Positions 54,750 to 64,000 of a stretch of DNA of 64,000 nt are shown here, piece by piece. Both the position numbers and the translations under genes were made by a program. Under the pieces are notes generated by a model. That model was not told where the DNA came from. It made no database searches and worked only from the letters and a program-made list of their open reading frames with translations. Origin of the DNA: Lama guanicoe (Eukaryota). The stretch spans positions 4,801,514-4,865,513 of the forward strand of contig MU054117.1 of NCBI GenBank assembly GCA_013239625.1, written 5' to 3'. How positions within the stretch are numbered: position 1 is the first letter of the stretch; each line of letters opens with the position of its first letter.

Positions 54750-55660
54750 GAACTCTGCCACCCACCAGACAGACACCCGCCCCCTAAACCCCCCCATTCC
54801 TCCCCATCGCCCGCTCCTCCACAACCACTTCCGGTTCCGGGACGGACACACGTACAGTCCCATCGTGGACCCCCCCTTCCCCGCCCCCCCAAGGAAAAGG
54901 GGAGGGGGGAGGAGCAGAGAGCTGGGCGCGCGCCGGCTGCAGCGGCGCGAGACTCACCCGGCGGCGACGGCTGCGGCGGCGCCAGAGCCAGAGCGCGGGA
55001 GGGGCGGCGTTTGCTGGGAAGGAGGGAACCGAGTGCGGTGGGAGGACCCGGAGGGGGCGAGGGGAGGGGGGAGATAGAGTGAGGCGAGCGCGCGAGCACG
55101 CACTTTAGGCGCGAGACAGACCCACACACTCACACGCACGGAACGCGCGCGAGACACCCGCAGGGCGGGGGCGCGAGGCGGTGGGTGGCCCCCTCCCTCC
55201 CTCCTCTAACACTCACCCGGAAGTGGTGCTGCAGCTCGTGCGCCTGAGAACCCCGATTCCTCCACGCCCCCTCCCTCCCTCCCTCCCCCCACTGGCTCGG
55301 AGTGGAGCCGCGGCGGAGAGAAGGCGGGAGCGCCGGAAACGAAAAGGGGGAGGGAGGGAAATAGCAATGTGGGGGGGGCAGCAATGGGGAAAGGGGGGGG
55401 GAATGCAAAGGTCGAGTCACTTCCGGGAGCGGCTAGAGCACATCCGGCGCGGCTAGTGCTCCGTGGATACTCAGGGCGGAAGTTACGACAAAGAGGGGCG
55501 GAAGTGGCTTCTGCCCCGGGACGCGGTAGGCCCTCCAGGGATGTGACGTCACAGCGGAAGTGAAGGCGGGTTCCGCTAAGGGCAGGAGCTGAACCTCTAG
55601 AACCGCCGTCCCGGGCTTCCGGAAGGGACTTCTGGGGAAGTGGGAGGGTGGGAACGCGAC
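54750..55660 (-). promoter_or_regulatory. CpG island promoter and alternative first exons of ZNF384
   Basis: Donors CGG|GTGAGT after 54958 and after 55217; many CGGAAGT ETS sites; full CRE TGACGTCA at 55544-55551. Confidence 0.8.
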
Positions 55661-58428
55661 AGGTTCATGAATTATGCATCAAGGTACGAGGGGAGGTATG
55701 CATTCTTAAAAGACCAGTCCTGGTTCCCTTCCCTCAGGGGGCAATTGGCTGATGTAGGGAGTTACCATTCCTTTTTCTTGTGAACTCTCAAGAATGTCTC
55801 AATGCTTTGAATATGCGAGATCTCTACTTGGACCCAAAAAGTAACTAATAACTTCTCCCAGCTTTCAGAATCCGACCCCTCCCTAACCACACCCCGGTAC
55901 ACCCTTTGCTTTGGTCTCTATTTTCCCGTGACCCTCGTCACATCTCTATCTCCTCATCCGGCTGTACTTTTAAATATAGCACTCTACCTAATACTATATT
56001 GTTTGCTGTCCATCTCTCCCCACAGGGTTATTGTCTCCACGAGGATAAGGACTTAGAATTGTTTGCTGCTGTATCCTCAGAGCCTAGCACTTAGTAATCG
56101 GTCGATAAACATTTGTTGCATAAATGAACAGTTAGTATGAACTCTTTCAGAAAGGCTTCCTTGATTGCTCCAACCCATAAGGGTCCCGTTCTCAAAATTC
56201 CCACAGCATTTAGTCTGTACCTTTTGTTGCTGTTTTAACTATTTCATATATGTGATTCCTCAGCAAAATTGTCAGCTCCTCAGGGGAGAAACTGTCTCAT
56301 ACACGGTACTCTCCCACTGCTTTGCTGAGCACACAGTAGATGCTGAATAAATATATGCTATTTGAGTAAATGAATGCTGCTACCGACCTGACCCAGATCT
56401 GACCAGAATCCCTGTGGGCTCAGCTCTATTTTGAGCGAAGCACAATTGAAGTGTCTCTTATCAACAGTAATAGTTCCTTGCTTAGAGAGCAAAATAACCC
56501 TGATAGAAACTACCTACAATGCCCGTTTTACAGGTAATGAACATAAGACCGAAGATTTAAGTGATTTTTCCCGAAGTTACAGCAAGGAAGTACCATAAGA
56601 CATCTAAAAATAAACATTTCAATTAAATGTTTAAATGGAAGATATGTATTCTGGGCTTGTAAGTGTATCTTTTTTAAGGAGTCTGCCCTCTTTATCACAT
56701 TTTGAGACTCCGCACTCAGCCTGTGTTAACCCAGTAGTGACATTTGGCAGGATAAGGGTCTTAAGGGCTGAGATGCGACCAGACCTAGTTGATTCATGTG
56801 TTGGAGATGGATGATTTGAGAAACCTTGATTTTGGGGGCTGTGAAAGAAAAGTGGGAGCAAAATGGCAATAATCACTATGAGTCCTGGTTCTTTTCTTGT
56901 TCTTTTCCCATTTGCATTAACTGGCACCCCCTGGGCCTCAGTGGCTCCACCTGTCAGCCCTGCTCGTTGTGGCCTTGCTGTAAGAAGCAAGTTTTAAGTG
57001 CTTTGAACTCCTTAGAGAAAAGCTTTAGAGAGATAAATGTGGGGCGTAGGGGGAGGAGGGCTGTTAATTTTAGCCTGGGGTTTTCCAGCTGGCACACTGT
57101 TTCCCTCTTGAATCACTTCCACACCCTGAGCTCTGTCTGGGAGATCCCTCCTCCTGGGGGCTTCCCCATTCCCTGGTTTGGTCTGAGCCACAATGGTAAG
57201 CATTCCAGAAAAATGCTTAAGACAAGCCTGGCTTAGTCATTTGATGCACAGCTCAGGAGATAAAGCAGTGATAAGACTGGCTGTATGGCCTCCAGTAACC
57301 AAAGGGGCAGAAAGACCATTGTTTGTTCTGGGGCTGTGCCTAAGCCGTGACTTTCTGGTCTACCACTGGGAGCCTTCTGCGGACCTCCCAAGACCCCATG
57401 GTTTCAGTTTCAACTCCAGGAGAGATAAAGTTAGGATCTGTTCCCCAGGGCCTCAAGACTTCCTGATGAGCATGACAATGCAATTTAGTTTAGGGTCATT
57501 CCTTTAGGACAACTCAGAAGATCAGGACATCTCCTTTCTCCTCTGTCTTTCACTGCCATCTGCCTTTTCAGAGGGAAGGCAGGCATTTAGGGAGAAGGAA
57601 CAGGTGAAGGTTTCCAGTGTCTTGCTGGTGTATTTTAATTTATTTAAATTCAGAGAAAACAGCAGCCTAATCAGGTGATAATTAATTCCCTCTTCATTAG
57701 GGGCCTTCATGTGTGCCTTCTGCATATGGATGAGCCGTGGGGGTCACCCTGTCCCTCTCTGCAGAAGGTGATATAGCTGTGTGCTGTCGGGGCACTTCAT
57801 CTCATCCTTTCCTGTGCCTCCTCTTCCCTCTGCCCTGCCCCCCCCAACTCCCCCCGACACCTGACCGGGACTAGATTCCTGTGGAGAAAGGAGGGAAAGG
57901 TTAAGGAGGCTTCCGCTTCTGTCCTCCTCAGCCTCATCAGGTCCCTCCCTCATTGCCCCCAACCCATCCCATCAGCACCTCTGCCTTCACCCTCAGGTCC
58001 CCTCCAGCCCTCCTCAGCATGTTTGTTTGCCTCGCTCCTCTGCTTTTAATTGGTTGTTCATCACTCTCTGGCCTGGCTCTGCTTCTTGCTGCTTTTTGTT
58101 AGGAAGCCTGATGCTTCCGATCCACATACTGCTCTGGTCCCAGGAAATTTGGTCCCTCATCCCCACTCACCATTGTGTGCTGCACGGAGTCAGCCACACT
58201 TCCCTGAGTACACAGTAAAGCTCCCCACCCCCTAAAACACGAACCTGCCGCCACACAGACGACGTTCCTGATTCTAGCTGCAAAAATAAACACGCGGAGG
58301 CAAACAGGCCAGGGCAGCCCAGACTGCCCTCTTGCACATTACAGTCTCCTCTCCTCCCCAGAGCTCCCCCATTTCCAGGGAGCAAGTGGGGCACAGATGG
58401 GGGTGGGGGGAGAAGTGGGACCTGAGTA

Positions 58429-58455
58429 GTTACCATGGCAACAGAGCCTAGCAAC
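58429..58455. promoter_or_regulatory. RFX X-box plus adjacent half site
   Basis: GTTACCATGGCAAC (58429-58442) followed by CCTAGCAAC. Confidence 0.6.
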
Positions 58456-59172
58456 AGCTGAGAGGCTGTTGTGTGTGGGTTTTTGCAGGGCTATTACAAG
58501 AGTCAAACCTAGAATTGGGGGCTCAGAGGTGACTGATCCCAGCTGGGCAGCTTGTGTTCCCTCCTCCAAACACACCCCTCAATTCCACCCCCACGCCCCA
58601 GCAGTGCCTCTGTCTTAGACAGGGCAGAGCAGAGAAAGCTAATGAGAGCTAACCACAGGACTTCTGGGGGGCAGCTGTGGGTGGGGGCAGGTTAGGGAGC
58701 AAGGATGAAAATAAAGCAAGCAGGGCAGCCTCTTTCCTGCGGCTCCCTCTCATCTCTCCCATTTGCTCTATTTTTTCTTCTCCTTTTGCCCTTCACCCTC
58801 CATCTGTCTTATCAGCACTCTCCTCTTCCTTTTCTTGCTTGCACCATTGCCTGTCCTTCACCAGGAGTTTCCTTTTTCTTCTTGCTCCTTTCTCATGGTC
58901 TCTCTTGACCTCCTCTGGCAAGTAACAAGCCACTCTTCCAGTGTCTCTCTTGCTCCGGCTGCTCCTCATCACGAATGCTCCTGTCAGCGTCTCTTCCTTC
59001 CGTTCCACCCCAAGTCAAAGCCCCCAAATCGAATCCCAACTCCAGGCCAGGTCATGTCAGGTCCAGAGGGGTCACCCCCATCTTTCTTTTCCTCCCTCTT
59101 GGCTGCCCATCGCCCCTGCTCTCCTCTCTGTGGGGCTCATAAGGCCAGGGGACTCGGGTATCTTGCAAAGGC

Positions 59173-59178
59173 TTTATT
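59173..59178 (-). terminator. PIANP polyadenylation signal AATAAA
   Basis: tttatt after an AT-rich 3' UTR end. Confidence 0.65.
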
Positions 59179-60358
59179 TGAAAATTTTGAAACTTACATC
59201 CCACAAGAATTCAAGATTATCACCACAAGAAGAAAGAGATAATACAAAAATATATATCACAGCATAGGAGCCAGGTAATAGAGGAAAGAAGGAAGGAAGG
59301 TGGGAAAGTGGTGAGAAGTCAGGACAAACCTGAGGGGTGGGGGTGGAGGGAGGGAATGTGGAGGAACCAAGGAGGCAGTGAGGGAAGGAGAGAGGGAGAG
59401 GTGGATTGGGAGGCAGAGCTCCCAATGGCCTTGAACCAGCTGGCTCCAGTCCCTGGCAGCCTAGGTGGAGTTAGGGAGGCTCTCAGGGATGCTGGGAAGT
59501 AGAGGGCTGGCTCAGGGCTCTGAGTTCCAGAGTGACATACACAGACAGCCAGGACAGACAAGACAGCAGGGACTTAGGAGGCAGGGAAGGGCAAGTGGGA
59601 GCCCCTTTCTCATGTAGTGCAGCAAGTGACTCCCCCCAAAAGCCATCTCCCAGACAACAGAACTTAGCAGGGGGCGGGGGAGGAGTTTGGGGGCCTCACT
59701 ACTCCCATTCCCACAGTGGGGGGGAGCCCTCAGGGTAATGAGCGTGCCCTCAGGGTGGGATGGGGGAGACAGAGAAACATATGGACCGGGATGGGACCGT
59801 GACAGATGGGGGCCCCAGGAGCCCCCAGCTCACCTCCCACCCACCTCCAGGGCAGCATGCAGGGGCCAGAGAAACTCCAACAGTGGGGTTCATGAGGTGG
59901 AGTGTGGGCACGACACACAACACCACGACGTGGGGTCAGGAAAGGCATGAGAGTTCGCGGGAGTCACCCACAGACCCCTGAGTGATGGGCTGGGCGAGGA
60001 AGGGGGCAGAAGAGAAAGTGAAAAGTGTGAAACAGAAGGGGGGATGGAGGGACCTGTAGAGGGGAGACTGGCTGTACACGAGCAGGAGTGTGTGCAATGG
60101 CCTGTGAGGGGAGAGAGGAGTGTGCAAGGCTTTCATGTGAGTGTGCAAGGGTGGGGATGGGGGACCAGAAGCCACAGATATCTGAGGCCCCCACCTAAAG
60201 GAGAGTAAGCAGGTGGGCTCGCCTGTGGGCTAATGAGTGTTCCGAGATGCGTGCTAGGGCCGGAGCCCCAGCTCCCACAGCCGCCCTGCCCTCAGCGGGA
60301 TGGGGCCTCTGCCAGCCCCTTGGCTTCCTGCTTGGTGGCACCCCAGCATTGGGGGGCA

Positions 60359-63300
60359 TCACAGATTCACCAGGGGAATCCTGAGAGGAAAAGGGAAAGG
60401 GCACAGTCAGGAACCAAAGGACAGGCCAGAATCGAAAGGGCAGTCCAAGAGGAGAAAAGGATCATGGTTAAGAAGGCAGAGTGGACCCGGGACCTTGTGC
60501 ATGCTAGGCGTGCACTCCACCGAGTACCTCTATTTAAAAAAATAAGCAAATAAATAAATCTCCCGGCCTTAAGGGAAAATAAAGGAGGAAATAAAAAAGG
60601 GCAGAGTGGAGTGAAATGGCAGTGTGAGACCAAGACACAGATCCACAGAGAGCAGGAGACGGAAGGGTCCCCCCAGAGAGGAGAGGTGCAGTCTCCTGCG
60701 GAGGGCCAGGTCTGCCTCCTCCCCACCCACCCAGAAGGGAGCACCCCAATCACAGCCCTGAGTTGCCTCCCCTCCCCGCACCCCCATCCCTTTGCTCTGC
60801 CCTCACCGGTTCAGCTGGAAGGCTGGAGCCCCCTTGGGCTGGGGCATCCCAGGCCGGGGTCCCCCTCGGGGCTCCTCGTGGTCAGGGGTTGGGGTAGGCG
60901 AGTCCCCGAAGGCCCCCAGCACAGTGACCCCAGCTGGGGACAGGTCTGTCAATGGCTGCTGGCTCTCCTCCTGTCTCAGGGCACCTTGCTGCCCTGAGGG
61001 CCTGCGCCGCTTCTGGCTGCGGTCCCAGCTGGTGCACCGGAAGGAAGTAAGTTCTCACACGCTCAAGAAGCCCCCAACCTGGGCTTCCAGCGCTGGTCAC
61101 CCCCAGCCACCCCCAGGTACCCCCAACATCCTACAGCAAAGAAACCGGCCTTTAACAGTTCCCCACACTGCATGTTCTGAGACCGTGTCCACAAACCACT
61201 TCCCCCTATCCCCAGGGGGCTCGGGAATCTAAACCACCCTCCTACCTGGTGCAGATCCACAGAATGAGTACCTCCTCCCCACCAACACACAGATTCCCCC
61301 AGAACTGCCCCCTCCACCCTGCATACCCAGAAGAGCCATTTCTCTCCTCAGCAGGCGCCTGGCAGGTTTAGTTCTAGTTCAAAGTCAGCTAATGACCTGG
61401 ACGCCTGAGTCTAATGATTCTCGCAGTAAAGTGTGAAGGACTGAGTGACCCGTTATTAAATGCATGCAAAGAAAGCTCCGGATTTTCTCCCTCCGCCCAA
61501 GGCAGCCTTAAGAAGGGGCATGGCAGAATGGATCTTGGAGGAAATGGGGACCAAGGGATGTCCACCAAAGCCCCCCCACCTCCGTGCACACAAGTGATTC
61601 CCCCATGTCTCCCATTACCCTTGTACTTCCCCGAGAGAAGGAATCTGCTCATTCCTCACTGCTCCCCCGACCCAAATCCTTCCTTTCTTTTCGCAAAGTT
61701 CTTGCCTTCCTCCACCCTCTGTCCCACCCTTGGCAAAACTGCTGCGCTGTCCTTGCTCCCTCCCCTCTCCCAGTCAAACGTTGCCAAAAACTCAGTCCCC
61801 ATCTGCCAGCACCACCGCCCCTTACCAGAACTTGAAGATGATGCCAGTGGCCACGAGGACAATGATGATGGAGATGGTAATTGTGACATAGAGCTGAGGG
61901 TCCACACCTGATTGGAGGGGTAGGGGGAAATTTTAGGGAGGCCTGAGGTGGTGGGAGCCAAGAGGGGCAGGGGGTGGGGTTAGGAGGAGTGTTGCCATTT
62001 GAATCCACATCACCCAATTCTCTCTCTGCTTCTCTGGAGCCTCCCCGCCTTATTCTTTTTTCTTTTTCCCCAAGCCCCCGCTTTATTCTTATTATCAGCT
62101 TTCCCCAGAGTTTTCAGCTCTTTTCCTCCCAAATCCTTTTTCTCCACTTCCCCAAATCTGCATGCGTGTGATCAGGAGGCTCCAAGGTCAGAGAGAACCT
62201 CTCTCTGCACAGAAGCTAGGGGGTGGACATGGCCATCTCTGTCCTGGCCCCACCCTCAAACCACTGGCCCTGTCTCAGCCCTCCCTGAGCCAAGATGTCA
62301 CCCTGAAGGGCCGTTCAGCTGCGGTGTTCCTCTGCCTGGAGTACTCCCACTGTTTCCAAGGTCCAGCTCAAATGTCAATTCTTGGAAGGTGTCCTACTCC
62401 CCAGGCAGAAGCAGTCTCTCCTTTCTCTCTTTTCCTAAAGACATGCTGTGCACGCCTCTCTTAGAGCACTTATTACGTTGACTCATCCCCAAGTGTTTAC
62501 ACATCTGTCTTCTCTGGTGGACCTGAACTCCTCTGAGGCTCAGCTGCATCTTCATCTCGACTGCCTGTGCCAGCATACTGCCCACCCGACACGTTTGTGG
62601 AAGGGCTAACAGACAAGGCCCCTATTGCTGCCCTTGGAGTCTTCAACCAGCCTCCCACCCTCCCCTCACATCCCTACCAGCTCCCCCGACTCCCACTCAC
62701 CTTCCCCGCGGCCCCCGAACAGGAACGGCCGTAGGGTGGCAGGTGCTTCTCCCAGGATGAGCCCATCTCCATCACCCCGCATGGAGTCTGAGTTGGGGTG
62801 TGGGGTAGCCAGCCCATGGGGGGCTGCAAAACCATAGTCCAGAGGCAGAAATCCAGGATTGGCAGAGCTGGGGTCTCCTCCATCGTCTCGGGACACTGTA
62901 GGGCCCCATACAATAGCCCACGGGTACTGGGACGAGGGTGGTCCCTCCTCAAAGCCTGATGGGGTGGCAGGGGGCGCAGTGCCTGGCAGAACTTGCCGAC
63001 GAGATCTTGGGACCCGAGGGGATCGGCTTGGTGGGGGTGCCCGCTCCCACACGCACACATGGCGTGGGGCCGAGGGGCCTCCCCGGGCACAGGGGGGGCG
63101 GGCTGGGGCTGGTGGGTTTCGAGGGGAGGAGGAGGAACCTTGAGCAGGTGGTGGGAGGGGCAGCAGCAGCAGTGGCCAGAGAGGAAGGAGATGGGACAGC
63201 AGCAGCGCAGGCCTGCGGGAAGGGAAAGAAGGTGGCTGAGACCAAGCCCATCCTGGGTGTAAGTGTGAGGAGGACGGGCTACCAGAGTTCCCGGGTTGCC

Positions 63301-63489
63301 TCCCTCCAAGTCTCTGTGCCAAAAGCAGGTGGGCCTTGGGAAGAATGGCCTCATTTCCCATCTTCCTAGGGTCTAGCCCTCAGGATGGAAGGCCCTGGGT
63401 GGGTCTAGGAGGGAAAGGGCCAAGACCTCAGGGAAAGTGGCTTCCAAGGTCCTTCTGCTGTGCCAAACTTACCACATCCTGGACTTCAT
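60359..63489 (-). CDS. PIANP: PILR-alpha-associated neural protein; 284 aa (ends IPLVNL) or 278 aa (ends QLNR, stop 60803-60805)
   Basis: Exons 63489-63473, 63212-62701, 61907-61826, 61028-60807 (or to 60803), 60380-60359. Signal peptide, RSRR furin-type site, TM segment YVTITISIIIVLVATGIIF. Non-coding exon 1 probably lies beyond the window. Confidence 0.95.
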
Positions 63490-64000
63490 GTCCGAGATCT
63501 TCCTCAGCGATGACCCAGATTTTCAGCCTTTACTGGGGGAGAGAGGGTTCATCACATTCCAACCCTGCCCTGAGTACTTCCCCAGCCCATTCATCCACCA
63601 TTCACCCCCATTCCCCTCCCAGCTGCGGCTGCCAGCTATGCTGCTGCCGCCCAGGACCCACGGCTGCTTAGCATCCTCTTGAGGGAAAAACTCTGTCCCC
63701 TGTCTATCTCCCAGCTCCTGTCTGCAACTTCCCAGGTCCCTGTTAGCTCCCCACCCCAGGGTCTACCCTCAGTTCTCCGGCTTCCTTCCTTCTCACTTCT
63801 TCTGCCCACAGCTCCAAGCTTTTCTTGGATCTTAATTTAGAGCCAAGAACCTTGTGATTCCTTGAGCACCTACCGCAAGGGAGGGAGTCTGAATGGGGGA
63901 GGGAAGAGGAAGTCAATTTGAGTGAGTGTGTGAACCGTGCGTGTGGCTGCGCAGGGGGGAGCATCCAGCCTGCCCACCCTACTTGTAGTCTGAGGCATTT

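Overview
Mammalian genomic DNA, most likely a camelid (two Vic-1-type tRNA-derived SINEs), orthologous to human 12p13.31. Five recognisable genes lie in tandem on the minus strand: PIANP (coding exons), ZNF384, ING4, ACRBP and LPAR5. I reconstructed their exons from translations, splice signals and phase continuity. The main surprise is the left end. Where CHD4 is expected beyond LPAR5, the window holds the last three intact, intron-separated exons of a CES1-type carboxylesterase, and I could not find its upstream exons. Smaller curiosities: a 5'-half tRNA-Ser(CGA) retrocopy nested in a SINE nested in an L1, a five-copy motif/spacer array at ~5.6-5.8 kb, a MIR-derived GC-donor exon and a possible extra cassette exon in ZNF384, an RFX/forkhead motif cluster and a polyadenylated LTR-like retro-fragment. 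No prokaryote-type system (CRISPR, operon) is present. Comparisons with human sequences are from memory and need alignment to confirm.
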